A stretch of DNA of 38,549 bases from positions 1 to 38,549 of the IMG/VR virus record IMGVR_UViG_3300028594_000085. The stretch is one strand, 5' to 3'. Source of the DNA: a virus. Numbering within the stretch: position 1 is the stretch's first letter; every line of letters begins with the position of its first letter. A program made the position numbers and the translations under genes. The notes below the pieces were generated by a model. It did no database searches, was not told where the DNA came from, and saw only the letters and a program-made list of their open reading frames with translations. Positions 30,199-38,549 of this stretch are shown here, piece after piece.

Positions 30199-32130
30199 TT
30201 AATCTTTCTTGTAGTATTCCGTTTCAAAGCCGTCCGCACTTAATGGAAGACCTGGAGCCCATTCAATCGGATCAGACATTACCTGCTCTACTTCTTCCAG
30301 GCTTCCTTGTCCGTAGGGCATTTCACTTACAATTTCATCGTGGACGTGGAATATAATTTTGTAGCCCAGGGCATCCAGCTTCATGATGTTTTCAAACAGT
30401 AAGTCGCGGGATGTCGCCTGGACAATGTTCTCGACGAGCTTTCCGCCGTAGGTGCTTTCTTCTCCGCGAGCGCCGTCGAAGTGGATCGCATCCCGACCGA
30501 ATTTGTTCTCCTTTAATCTTGGTCTGACGTAGGCAAGTCTGCGGCCGCTTGGCAGCTGGATGAACAGAAAGCCGGACTCGTACCAAAACTTTAAACCGTA
30601 CTGCAATTCCACAAGCGTCTGATCCCGGACTGCCTTCATGGCTGCATCTCCGACGCTGTACCAGAAGCTGACGATCTTCGGGTTAGCTGCCCGCCAGTTA
30701 TCCTTGATCTCTTCCATTTCTGCCTCATCCATGCCCATATCCTCGGCGCCCATCTGTTTTAAAGCCCCGACCGCTCCCTGGTAGCCCAGAGCAAGCTCTG
30801 CAACTTTACCCTTGTCCCGCAGTCCGTTTTCACGGGTGACATTCTCGATCGGTACATTAAACATTTGAGAAGCTGACGCCTCGTAGATTTTGCCGTGTGT
30901 TTGGAATACGTCCAGCCGCCATTGTTCACCAGCAAACCAGGCAATCACTCGGGCCTCTATGGCGGAGAAGTCAGAGACAATCAGCCTGCTGCCGTCCTCT
31001 GGAATAAGAGCTGTCCGGATCAGCTGGCTTAGGGTGTTTGCGACCGGGTAGAGCAGTTTGAATGTTTCGAACTCATTCGACACAACAAGGCCCCTGGCAG
31101 CGTGCAAGTCAGCTGGAGTCATCTTAATGCCTGGAAGGTTCTGGACTTGCGCCAGCCGTCCCGCAGACCTTCCGGTCCTGTTAGCTCCGTAGTGCTGAAT
31201 CAGCCCGCGTATGCGGCCATCGTCGCCCCGTGTGACGTCCAAGGAATAGTATTTCTTAATGGATGTCTTGGAGAGCTCCTGCCGCAGCTCCAGGGCTCTT
31301 TTAACAGCTGGCGTCTTGACTGTCTTCATGAGCTTTTCGACGGTGTCCTTACGGACGTTTGGCATCTCATAGCCGTGCGACTCGACCCAATCCCGGAGCT
31401 TGGCAGGGCTGTTCGGGTTCTCCAGGCCGGTCACTTCTTTTGCTTCTTCCATCAGCTCCTGGCGGTAGGCGGTATCAAAAGCAATCGCGTTCTGGACCAT
31501 GCCATGATCCGATCGTACGCCGTTCCCGTTTATCTTCTGGTCCAGCTCCCAGAGCCGCTGCTCCCGAGAAGAAAGAGGGAAGCGCGCCAGCTTTTCCTTG
31601 ATGGCTTTCTCGACGATCACATCCTGGCGGTTATATTCGACAAACATATCCCATTTCACAAGATCATGTTCCGGCAGGTTACGCGTCCGCTGCCCGTTTA
31701 CCTTAGTTGGTTTACAGGGCATAGAAAAATACTTAATCAGCGCTTTACCAGACTTGTCTTTCTGCTGTTCGATCCGTAGCGCTTTCGCCACATTGTCAAG
31801 GGAAGCAGGGAGGCCCAGCGTCATGGCGTGGATCATTGTGCAGCGCCATTGGCTTGTGACAAGCCGTAAATCAAAATGCTTGGCAATACAGACCATTTCA
31901 AACTGGGCGTTAAAAGCGGTTTTCCGGACGTGCCTATCCTGTAAAGCATCGAGTACATGTTCCGGCAGCTCTTCCGCGGTCAGATCCACGACCTCGACCG
32001 GGCCATCGTCGAAGCTGTACGCAAAGAGCAGTATTTCAAAGTCCGGAGCCTCGACGTAGCGATAGACGCCCACATCTAGCAGGTTGAAGCTGCTGTAAGT
32101 CTCGATATCAATCGCCATTTCTTTGGTCAT
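30199..32130 (-). CDS. Family A DNA polymerase with N-terminal 3'-5' exonuclease domain
   Basis: Exo I motif AIDIETYS, motif B-like KGKVAELALGYQG, and motif C HVHDE. Confidence 0.9.
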   Translation of the reverse strand: MTKEMAIDIETYSSFNLLDVGVYRYVEAPDFEILLFAYSFDDGPVEVVDLTAEELPEHVLDALQDRHVRKTAFNAQFEMVCIAKHFDLRLVTSQWRCTMIHAMTLGLPASLDNVAKALRIEQQKDKSGKALIKYFSMPCKPTKVNGQRTRNLPEHDLVKWDMFVEYNRQDVIVEKAIKEKLARFPLSSREQRLWELDQKINGNGVRSDHGMVQNAIAFDTAYRQELMEEAKEVTGLENPNSPAKLRDWVESHGYEMPNVRKDTVEKLMKTVKTPAVKRALELRQELSKTSIKKYYSLDVTRGDDGRIRGLIQHYGANRTGRSAGRLAQVQNLPGIKMTPADLHAARGLVVSNEFETFKLLYPVANTLSQLIRTALIPEDGSRLIVSDFSAIEARVIAWFAGEQWRLDVFQTHGKIYEASASQMFNVPIENVTRENGLRDKGKVAELALGYQGAVGALKQMGAEDMGMDEAEMEEIKDNWRAANPKIVSFWYSVGDAAMKAVRDQTLVELQYGLKFWYESGFLFIQLPSGRRLAYVRPRLKENKFGRDAIHFDGARGEESTYGGKLVENIVQATSRDLLFENIMKLDALGYKIIFHVHDEIVSEMPYGQGSLEEVEQVMSDPIEWAPGLPLSADGFETEYYKKD

Positions 32131-32527
32131 CGTTTATCACCTGCTCGGCAATGGCAGTAGCGACAGCCGCTACCTGGATCAGCTCTTTATAGAGATTGTC
32201 CGAATCAGACTGCTTGTGTGCGACACTTCCTGCCTGCATGGCCTCGGCTACTTCTCCGACTTCCTCGACGAGGATCGCTAGCCATTTAGGGTATTCATGG
32301 TGCTGCTTGCCCCATTTGAAATTCTGGCGGTTTCTTTCGGCATGAATGTCATTAAGCACTTTTGTGCGAGTAGTTAACTCATAGCTTGTACTACTCAATC
32401 TCTCTTTTATTTGAGCTTCTTTATTGATTTCCTCGATTGATTTCACGGGAATTGTTCTGCTGTTCACTGTTTTATCTCTCCCTATTGCTAAAATTTTCCG
32501 TATGAGTTTATAAGAAAGGGGAAGCAA
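32108..32527 (-). CDS. MazG-like nucleotide pyrophosphohydrolase (start uncertain)
   Basis: ERNRQNFKWGKQ....WLAILVEEVGEVAEA matches the MazG-type all-alpha NTP-PPase signature. The TTG track start is doubtful; an internal GTG with a GGGAGAG SD is also possible. Confidence 0.6.
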   Translation of the reverse strand: MLPLSYKLIRKILAIGRDKTVNSRTIPVKSIEEINKEAQIKERLSSTSYELTTRTKVLNDIHAERNRQNFKWGKQHHEYPKWLAILVEEVGEVAEAMQAGSVAHKQSDSDNLYKELIQVAAVATAIAEQVINDDQRNGD

Positions 32528-32551
32528 GACACTTCCCCAGATAATAGATTT

Positions 32552-33127
32552 TTAGTTTAGAAAATCGTCCATGCCTGCATCGTTTGCAGCTCCGCCAGTA
32601 TCGACTGCCTCAAATACATCCTCTGCACGTGCACGGCCGCCTAGCGTTTCGCCGTCCCGTGTCTTCTGGAGGTTGTTCAGGCCGCAGGCAATTCCTTTGT
32701 TGCCGTTACGGTTATAAGCATAGAAGTTGATATCCGCGCGGCCATAGCAGCCGGAATAAAGTTCCGTAGAGTCAATGATCGGATTGACGTTTGCATCAAC
32801 TACTCCAGGCTTGGAAGTACTGTTAGCATTGATGAAATAGTGTCCTGCATACTCCGGATTGTCCGGGCGGTCTGTGTCGCCGTCACGGATCGGCATTTTC
32901 AAGTTTGGTGGAATCTTACCTCCGAATGTAGCTTGACCTGCAGTCTTGGCGTTTTCAATCGCTGTCTTAATGCGGTTCAGTGTCGCCGTGTCACTTTTCG
33001 GGATTAATAGACTGACAGAATACTTCTCCGGATCTCCCTGGTTTACTGCATGCGGCTGGAAAACGTGTAAATAGCTGAAACGTACCTCTCCTGTAACTAC
33101 TTGAGTTGCTTTGTTTGTGTTAGTCAT
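32552..33127 (-). CDS. DUF2815-family ssDNA-binding protein
   Basis: VTGEVRFSYLHVFQP...KYSVSLLIPKSD and the acidic C-terminal tail GMDDFLN. Confidence 0.75.
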   Translation of the reverse strand: MTNTNKATQVVTGEVRFSYLHVFQPHAVNQGDPEKYSVSLLIPKSDTATLNRIKTAIENAKTAGQATFGGKIPPNLKMPIRDGDTDRPDNPEYAGHYFINANSTSKPGVVDANVNPIIDSTELYSGCYGRADINFYAYNRNGNKGIACGLNNLQKTRDGETLGGRARAEDVFEAVDTGGAANDAGMDDFLN

Positions 33128-33147
33128 TTTTCATATCTCCTTTTAAA

Positions 33148-34350
33148 TTAGTTATTTGAAAACACTTCTGCTGCTTGTTCATTACTGCTAAGTGCCGGGC
33201 GCTTGTCCGACTCTGGCACAAGTGCAGGCTTGCCTGGCGGTTTAATGATTAGGTCAGACAGCAGGTTATTGACCTGGCTCTTTCCGATTGTCTTTTCAAG
33301 GTTGGTGAGCGTCAGCACTTTTCGAGGTGCGACGACTTCCACATCATAGTTATTTTTCAGAATTTCAAAGACTTCTTCCTCGTCTTTATACTTGCGGTTA
33401 CTGCGGCCTTCGACGACCTTCCAGCCAGGGATAGAGGCTTCATGATTGACGGCCTGCTCCTGGGCATAGGCTTTAACATCCTTGACCCATTTCTCCAGCT
33501 CGACCGCTTTAAAAAGGATCTGTCCGATCTCATTCAGATTGAGTTCGGCTGGATCAATCTTTTCATCCTCGTCGGTAAATGCGATCTTTGCCAGCTCCAG
33601 GTTCTTCTCTGCCCGCGCTCGGCAAGTGGAACGGATCTTACAGAATCGGCAGTGATCGCCTGCAACAAATTCGCCCTCACCTTTGGCAGCTTCTTCCGCC
33701 TTCGGCTTCACTTCGTTTTCTGCCCATTCAAGAAGGGTAGACGACTCCAGCGTTTCGGTTGAAATGTTATCTAGTCTTGGCTGCACAATCGTCATAGAGA
33801 CCGTATCAATGTCATAGAGCATGTCGTACAGGTTATAAGCTCCCAGGCCATACAGGCGCAGCTGCGGGTTATCCACGGCTGATACTTCGACACCCTTGCC
33901 GTATTTCAGGTCTATTACTTCCAGGACGCCGTCACTGATGATGACAACGTCACCGGTTCCGAAGCCCTGCGGCACCCATGCGCTGAAGTCCAGGCGCTGC
34001 TCCAGAAGGACGACGGCATCCGCAGAACGGCTCTTAGCTTCATTAATTTTCTCCACAACGATATCCACATACTTTTCCACATAATCCGCCATGCTCTCGG
34101 AATAATACGGGTTTTCCTTTTTGAATTTATTAATCCGACGGGTACGGGTTCCTTTGGCAATCTCTCCAATTTCATGCTGCAGGTAAATCTCGGACAGCTC
34201 ATGCGCTGCCGTTCCTTCTTTGGCAAACTCGCTGGACTGGTCCGGCACTTCTTTTTCCAGCATGGCGGACGGTGTACAGGCCATCCAGCGGTGAGCGCCG
34301 GAAGCGCTTAGGACCGCATGGTCTCTTTCCGCGTGATTGATTTCCGCCAT
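33148..34350 (-). CDS. DUF2800-family PD-(D/E)XK (Cas4-like) nuclease
   Basis: N-terminus HAVLSASGAHRWMACTPS..EGTAAHELSE, and a C-terminal Cys cluster CRFCKIRSTC. Confidence 0.75.
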   Translation of the reverse strand: MAEINHAERDHAVLSASGAHRWMACTPSAMLEKEVPDQSSEFAKEGTAAHELSEIYLQHEIGEIAKGTRTRRINKFKKENPYYSESMADYVEKYVDIVVEKINEAKSRSADAVVLLEQRLDFSAWVPQGFGTGDVVIISDGVLEVIDLKYGKGVEVSAVDNPQLRLYGLGAYNLYDMLYDIDTVSMTIVQPRLDNISTETLESSTLLEWAENEVKPKAEEAAKGEGEFVAGDHCRFCKIRSTCRARAEKNLELAKIAFTDEDEKIDPAELNLNEIGQILFKAVELEKWVKDVKAYAQEQAVNHEASIPGWKVVEGRSNRKYKDEEEVFEILKNNYDVEVVAPRKVLTLTNLEKTIGKSQVNNLLSDLIIKPPGKPALVPESDKRPALSSNEQAAEVFSNN

Positions 34351-34722
34351 TTACAGCTCACTCGCTTTCTCCAGCAGCTCCCCGTACTTATCTTCAGGGA
34401 TGTCAGACAGGCGTTTAGCTCCAAAGCTGGTGATAAGATCCTTGACTTGTGCCTGCTTGCCTTGCTGGGATAGTTCTGCCAGTTTGACCCGTACCGTGTC
34501 CATCGTGACGGAAGGGGTTTCCTGCTTAGTCTCTGGAGCTGGTGCTGGCTCCGGCTCTTTGGCAGCTGCCTGCTGTGCCGGTTCCTGGGTCGGAGTTTCA
34601 GCTGGTGCTGGGCTTATAGTTGCTGCTGGTTTCTCTGCTACTGGAACATTAGAGAAGGCGTTTGCCAGGGCATGGACCGCCTCTTCTAATCCTTTTGCTT
34701 CAATGTTGATTTTAATTTCCAT
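34351..34722 (-). CDS. Hypothetical protein with a Pro/Ala/Glu linker
   Basis: Abuts the DUF2800 gene. GGAGAT SD-like sequence upstream. Confidence 0.6.
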   Translation of the reverse strand: MEIKINIEAKGLEEAVHALANAFSNVPVAEKPAATISPAPAETPTQEPAQQAAAKEPEPAPAPETKQETPSVTMDTVRVKLAELSQQGKQAQVKDLITSFGAKRLSDIPEDKYGELLEKASEL

Positions 34723-34797
34723 TTTTATTGGATCTCCTTTCGTGCTATAATGAGCACATAGATGATTTTGTACCGACTCGTATTGGGTGGCCGCCCT

Positions 34798-34989
34798 TTA
34801 CGAGTCAAATTCTTCCAGGTTTTCCCGGAGTATCTCTGCTGTCTTTTCTAACATCTGGATAGCATTTTCAGCGTCCTCTTTCGTTTCCACTCCTTGGACG
34901 CGTACATCATCCCAGTCAGAAGTCTCCAAGATAAAGATAGGTTCTTCCTTAAAGTGGGCGTTGCCGTCTTCATCAATGAAAAATTCCAT
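34798..34989 (-). CDS. Hypothetical acidic protein (63 aa)
   Basis: The ATG at 34989 has GGGGGTGA 5 nt upstream. The TTG track start lies inside that SD. Confidence 0.6.
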   Translation of the reverse strand: MEFFIDEDGNAHFKEEPIFILETSDWDDVRVQGVETKEDAENAIQMLEKTAEILRENLEEFDS

Positions 34990-34994
34990 TTTAT

Positions 34995-35186
34995 TCACCC
35001 CCAAGTCCTCAGCTCCTTAATGTAGCGAATACTGTCTCGTCTGATTTCAAGCAGCTTGTTGTCCAGCTCTGCAAGCTCTTTTGAATAGGAATATCGCTTT
35101 ACATTCTCTGACTCCAGTAACTCGACAGCCCGTTTCATCTGGGCGATCAGTAGGACTCTAGTGTCTTCCGCTTTTGTCTCTGACAT
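34995..35186 (-). CDS. Hypothetical coiled-coil protein (63 aa)
   Basis: AGGAGGTGA SD. Confidence 0.6.
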   Translation of the reverse strand: MSETKAEDTRVLLIAQMKRAVELLESENVKRYSYSKELAELDNKLLEIRRDSIRYIKELRTWG

Positions 35187-35343
35187 CTATCTCACCTCCT
35201 TTCAGGCGTCTTAATAGCTCTGCTTCCAGGTCCCTGATCTCATCTAAGTTATTGGATCCGCGAGCGACAAAGTCCATGACCGCAGTCTTATGAGAAGAGA
35301 CAAGGTCCTCATCTGACATTTCTTCGATAACCATCTGGATCAC
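35158..35343 (-). CDS. Hypothetical protein (61 aa)
   Basis: Start overlaps the upstream stop. Early-region small gene. Confidence 0.55.
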   Translation of the reverse strand: MIQMVIEEMSDEDLVSSHKTAVMDFVARGSNNLDEIRDLEAELLRRLKGGEIDVRDKSGRH

Positions 35344-35558
35344 CCCCGTTTCCCATTAAGGAAATACTTATACCAGCGATGCCGATAAACAATTTCAAAG
35401 CATTTCTCAATCGGAATATATTTAACTTGCTTCATGTATTCGATGGAGTGTTTCTCCCGGAGCGCCGGATCCATTTCCCGGAGGTGTTTCCGGTAGAGAA
35501 TGACGAACTTATCTTTGAGCTCGGGCGCCAAACTCCGATATCCTTTGATGTGATCCAT
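35340..35558 (-). CDS. Hypothetical protein (72 aa)
   Basis: Tightly packed early gene. Confidence 0.55.
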   Translation of the reverse strand: MDHIKGYRSLAPELKDKFVILYRKHLREMDPALREKHSIEYMKQVKYIPIEKCFEIVYRHRWYKYFLNGKRG

Positions 35559-35562
35559 GCCG

Positions 35563-35763
35563 TCACCTCATTTCTTCAGTAATAGCTGCAAACAGCAGCC
35601 CGGCGAATGGATCAAAGCGTTTACCTTCATATGCCTGGATCAGATCGTCCCGGAGCAAGTACAGACGATTCTTTTTAAAAGTCTGGGCGCCTCCGATAAT
35701 CTGGTTGAAGCGTTCTGTCCATATCTGCATTTCTCCAAACTTCATGATTTCATCTTTTTTCAT
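35563..35763 (-). CDS. Hypothetical protein (66 aa)
   Basis: Tightly packed early gene. Confidence 0.55.
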   Translation of the reverse strand: MKKDEIMKFGEMQIWTERFNQIIGGAQTFKKNRLYLLRDDLIQAYEGKRFDPFAGLLFAAITEEMR

Positions 35764-35900
35764 TTCGACACTCCTTCCTTAATTTCCATCCCTGGATTGA
35801 GCAGCCGGAAGATCTCCGCTTCCAGTTGATAGGGAAGCCGCACAGCTGATAGATCCCGGATGATCTTACCGTCTTTGTTACGATTGATGATTTCCTGCAT
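35760..35900 (-). CDS. Hypothetical protein (46 aa, short form of the 115-aa track ORF)
   Basis: The ATG at 35900 has GGGAGAGG 9 nt upstream. The longer form would overlap the cro-like gene and the operator region. Confidence 0.45.
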   Translation of the reverse strand: MQEIINRNKDGKIIRDLSAVRLPYQLEAEIFRLLNPGMEIKEGVSK

Positions 35901-35971
35901 ATGCCTCATCCTCTCCCTGCCTTGCTGGGTATTTCGCGTCCATTTCCCAGCCAGCCATTGATGGCTGACTA

Positions 35972-35982
35972 CACTTAAAGTG
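35972..35982. promoter_or_regulatory. Fourth operator-like site, downstream of the cro-like gene
   Basis: CACTTAAAGTG fits CACT-N3-AGTG, and its extended form ACACTTAAAGTGCAGTG resembles the sites at 36255-36291. It is adjacent to the perfect 16-bp palindrome CAGCCATTGATGGCTG (35952-35967). Confidence 0.55.
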
Positions 35983-36001
35983 CAGTGATGGCTAAAAAAA
36001 T

Positions 36002-36214
36002 TTAATCTTCTGGTGTAGGAATGCGTAGATAGTCCGCGTCTACCTGGAACAGGTAGGCCATAGCATAAATCGCATAGGGCTTTACTTCGGACTCGCCGTT
36101 TTCCCATTTAATAATGGTGCGCTTGCTGACGCCCAGCTTTTGCGCTAAAGCTTCCTGGGTGTAGCCTCTTTCGACTCGTGCGGCTTTAAGACTTAAATCT
36201 GATCTTTCGCCCAT
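36002..36214 (-). CDS. Cro-like XRE-family HTH regulator
   Basis: HTH YTQEALAQKLGVSKRTIIKWENG. Divergent from the CI-like gene. AAGGAGG SD. Confidence 0.85.
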   Translation of the reverse strand: MGERSDLSLKAARVERGYTQEALAQKLGVSKRTIIKWENGESEVKPYAIYAMAYLFQVDADYLRIPTPED

Positions 36215-36246
36215 GTCGTTTTGCCTCCTTTTCTGTCGTTACATGT

Positions 36247-36275
36247 ACAATACTACACTTTTTGTGCAGTGTCAA
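36247..36275 (-). promoter_or_regulatory. Early lytic promoter for the cro-like gene
   Basis: On the minus strand: TTGACA (36275-36270), 17 nt, TATTGT (36252-36247). Confidence 0.7.
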
Positions 36276-36330
36276 CACTAAAAGTGCAGTTTTTTCTCTT
36301 TTATATGTTGCATATTCTTCACTTTTAGTG
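36256..36330. promoter_or_regulatory. Operator cluster (three CACT-N3-AGTG-type sites)
   Basis: CACTTTTTGTG at 36256-36266 (one mismatch), CACTAAAAGTG at 36276-36286, CACTTTTAGTG at 36320-36330. They overlap the two divergent promoters. Confidence 0.65.
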
Positions 36331-36336
36331 TATAAT
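36308..36336 (+). promoter_or_regulatory. Promoter for the CI-like repressor gene
   Basis: TTGCAT (36308-36313), 17 nt, TATAAT (36331-36336). AAGGAGGTGA SD precedes the ATG at 36360. Confidence 0.7.
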
Positions 36337-36359
36337 TTTCACTATAAGGAGGTGAAGAA

Positions 36360-37001
36360 ATGACAGAAGACATTACTGTATCAAGGCAAAGGGAGGTTTT
36401 AGCCGAGAACATAAAAAATTTATTAAAAAGTAAAGGCATCAGTCAGACGGATATGGCCCGAGACTTGAACATTGCAGAAACAACAGTTTCCAGCTGGTTA
36501 AACGCGAAACGGTATCCCGGACTTAGAAACCTGCAGCGCATGGCGGATTACTTCAATGTACATCGTTCGGATCTTACAGAAGAAAAACCGACGAACCTAT
36601 ATGAAGTAACTCCGCAAACGATTCGAGTGCCTCTCATCGGAGTGATATCCTGCGGCGATCCAATCATCGCAGAAGAAAACATTGTAGGATACCGGCACGA
36701 ATCGCCGGACACGCTGCCAAGTGGAAAGCTCTTCTACCTAACAGCAGACGGCGACTCGATGGAACCGACCATACCAAACGGTTCCCAGGTACTGATCCGA
36801 GAACAGAGTCAAGTGGAGAATGGAGAGATAGCAGCCATCTTATTGGAAGGCGATACCGAAGCTACACTAAAGAGAGTCAAGAAGCAGGGTGACGTCATCA
36901 TGCTGGTTCCGGACAATGCAAAGCACGATCCAATCGTTGTATCGGAAGATAACCCGGCGCGAGTGATTGGTAAGGCAGTACGGTTCACGCAAGACCTTTA
37001 A
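36360..37001 (+). CDS. CI/LexA-like repressor (XRE HTH plus S24 peptidase domain)
   Basis: N-terminal HTH ISQTDMARDLNIAETTVSSWLN. C-terminal GDSMEP (catalytic Ser) and LKRVKK (Lys) of the S24 autocleavage domain. Confidence 0.9.
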   Translation: MTEDITVSRQREVLAENIKNLLKSKGISQTDMARDLNIAETTVSSWLNAKRYPGLRNLQRMADYFNVHRSDLTEEKPTNLYEVTPQTIRVPLIGVISCGDPIIAEENIVGYRHESPDTLPSGKLFYLTADGDSMEPTIPNGSQVLIREQSQVENGEIAAILLEGDTEATLKRVKKQGDVIMLVPDNAKHDPIVVSEDNPARVIGKAVRFTQDL

Positions 37002-37029
37002 TTCTTTGGCCAAGGAATTAAACCTACAT

Positions 37030-37061
37030 AGAGCAGGGAGTCCGCTTCCTGCTCTCTTTTT
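37030..37061 (+). terminator. Rho-independent terminator after the repressor gene
   Basis: Perfect 8-bp stem agagcagg(37030-37037)/cctgctct(37048-37055) with a 10-nt loop, then cTTTTT. Confidence 0.8.
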
Positions 37062-37078
37062 AAAATCAGGGAGGTTTT

Positions 37079-38509
37079 ATGATGGAAGATAAAGAAAACG
37101 TACGGGCGTTTATTTATACGCGCGTCTCTACCCTGGAGCAAGCCCAGGAAGGGTACAGTATCGGGGCCCAGGAGAAGCGCCTGCGGGCTTATGCCGAAGC
37201 TAGAGGGTATGAGGTCATTAAAGTATATTCTGACCCTGCGTATTCCGGGGCAAACATGGACAGGCCTGCCCTCCAGAAGATGCTGGAGCAAGTAGAGCAG
37301 GGCGTTGTCGATGCTGTCCTGGTGTACAAGCTCGACCGGCTTAGCCGATCACAGAAAGATACACTGTATATGATTGAGGAAGTGTTCATTAAGCACGAGG
37401 TTGCTTTTGTCAGCATGAGTGAGTCGTTTGATACGTCAACGCCATTCGGGCGGGCCATGGTGGGGATCCTGTCCGTCTTTGCCCAGCTGGAGAGGGAACA
37501 GATCAAGGAACGGTTCATGCTAGGAAAACAGGCAAGGGCAGAAGCAGGCTTGTGGCATGCAGGGGGTGGAAAGGAAAGAGATGCTACCGGGTATGATTAT
37601 GTGCCGGGTGAGGGCCTTGTCGTGAATGAGTATGAAGCTGCCTGCGTCCGTTTCATCATCGAAAATTATCTGCAAGGTAATGGAGTTGCAAAGATCCATA
37701 AAGCTGTTATGGAGAAATTCCCGGGCGTCTTGTCATCGGAAACGACGGTCCGGAACGTTATCACCAATCCGCTGTATACCGGGAAGGTATCTTACCGGGG
37801 CGAATATTATGAGGGAGTCCATGAGCCACTTATCACGGAAGAAGAGTTCAAAACTGCCCAAGAGCTGCTGAAGAAACGGGCGACCAACTCAAGACCTTTT
37901 CACAGCCATTACTTACTGACCGGAGTAATCCGGTGCGGGGAGTGCGGCGCGAGGATGGCAGGGACGGCTGGAGCACTGCTGAAAAGTGGGGAACGCATGC
38001 GGTATTATGTTTGTCATTCCCGGCGTGGTACGCCGCTGCATATGGTTAAGGATCCAAACTGTAAAAAGCTTTCCGAGCGAAAAGAGCGTATAGAGGAAAA
38101 GGTCATCGGGGAGATCAAGAAAATAAACCTCCGCACCTTCCAGGCCATGAAGCCGGAAGAAGGCGGGGCAGCTGCCGATGTTGCGGTATATGAGGAGAAG
38201 ATAAAAGCGATTGACAGGCAGATCTCCAAGCTGATTGATCTGTATACCTTGGAGGACAGTCCGCTGGAGATGGTATCGGAAAAAATCGAGAAGCTAAAGC
38301 GGGAGAAAGACGGATTGAAGCGTCACCTGGAGGAGCTCACGAAAGAGCAGGAAGAATCAGACCTAAGCGGTATAATAGAGACAGTCTCCCAGCTATCCAC
38401 ATTTGACTGGGATAACGAGGAGACCGAGAGGAAACGGCTGATAGTCGCCAAACTAATCAATACAGTCGCCGTTTCTAATGATAATATTACCATAGATTGG
38501 GCTTTTTAA
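37079..38509 (+). CDS. int: Large serine recombinase (integrase)
   Basis: Resolvase-type N-terminus YTRVSTLEQ...YKLDRLSRS, then a recombinase domain, zinc ribbon CGECG...YYVCHS and C-terminal coiled coil. AGGGAGG SD. Confidence 0.92.
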   Translation: MMEDKENVRAFIYTRVSTLEQAQEGYSIGAQEKRLRAYAEARGYEVIKVYSDPAYSGANMDRPALQKMLEQVEQGVVDAVLVYKLDRLSRSQKDTLYMIEEVFIKHEVAFVSMSESFDTSTPFGRAMVGILSVFAQLEREQIKERFMLGKQARAEAGLWHAGGGKERDATGYDYVPGEGLVVNEYEAACVRFIIENYLQGNGVAKIHKAVMEKFPGVLSSETTVRNVITNPLYTGKVSYRGEYYEGVHEPLITEEEFKTAQELLKKRATNSRPFHSHYLLTGVIRCGECGARMAGTAGALLKSGERMRYYVCHSRRGTPLHMVKDPNCKKLSERKERIEEKVIGEIKKINLRTFQAMKPEEGGAAADVAVYEEKIKAIDRQISKLIDLYTLEDSPLEMVSEKIEKLKREKDGLKRHLEELTKEQEESDLSGIIETVSQLSTFDWDNEETERKRLIVAKLINTVAVSNDNITIDWAF

Positions 38510-38549
38510 CTTTGTGTTTTTCCATGTTATAAAAACACTCCATTCATAC
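38495..38549. repeat. Terminal direct repeat, copy 2 (identical to 1-55)
   Basis: Same 55-mer as 1-55. It contains the last 5 codons and the stop of the integrase ORF. Confidence 0.97.

Larger units (their letters stand above)
1..38494. mobile_element. Complete temperate siphovirus-type phage genome, circular or circularly permuted (unique length 38,494 bp)
   Basis: Full lysogeny, replication, packaging, head, tail and lysis gene set. Window termini are identical over 55 bp, and the integrase ORF runs into the terminal copy. Confidence 0.85.

Noticed and set aside
35760-36107. Full-length 115-aa version of this ORF
   Set aside because: Its first 66 codons overlap the cro-like gene and the operator/palindrome gap, and they encode an Arg/Cys/His-rich implausible sequence. 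An internal ATG at 35900 has a proper SD.
36998-37291. Minus-strand 97-aa ORF spanning the repressor/integrase junction
   Set aside because: It crosses a plus-strand terminator and the integrase start, has no SD, and is antisense to two confident genes.

Overview
The window is a complete temperate siphovirus-type phage genome from a Gram-positive, Bacillales-like host. It is presented as one circle plus a 55-bp overlap: 1-55 is identical to 38495-38549, so the unique length is 38,494 bp. A small plus-strand block holds a CI/LexA-like repressor, a large serine integrase, a secreted acidic protein and an HTH-fusion protein. Every other gene, from the Cro-like gene (36214) down to the endolysin (1614), lies on the minus strand. 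In transcriptional order these are: early small ORFs; a DUF2800 / DUF2815 SSB / family-A polymerase / VirE-type primase / VRR-NUC / SNF2 replication module; an ArpU-like late regulator; TerS and TerL; portal, MuF, scaffold and capsid; connectors and tail tube; chaperones, tape measure, Dit and Tal; and an XhlA-holin-amidase lysis cassette.

The main structures the gene list does not explain are:
1. A 259-nt noncoding element present twice, 11,298 nt apart in the same orientation. It is built from iteron-like 8-9-mers, an AT-rich core that is 64/66 identical, and a 12-bp palindrome. One copy lies beside the primase gene and the other splits the head-tail connector genes.
2. An untracked 37-aa Mu Com-like zinc-ribbon ORF immediately upstream of the tape measure gene. 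Hairpins sequester the Shine-Dalgarno sequences of both the tape measure and Tal genes.
3. Low-GC inserts inside the late operon, bounded on one or both sides by terminator-like hairpins: a 178-aa + 73-aa pair between Dit and Tal, and a 61-aa ORF in the head module.
4. At least five intrinsic-terminator-like hairpins inside the single 34.6-kb co-directional gene array, including one between holin and endolysin and one just upstream of terS.
5. A GC-rich, stop-poor 170-bp spacer that follows an in-frame TAG.

All functional calls come from reading motifs by eye; no database search was run.
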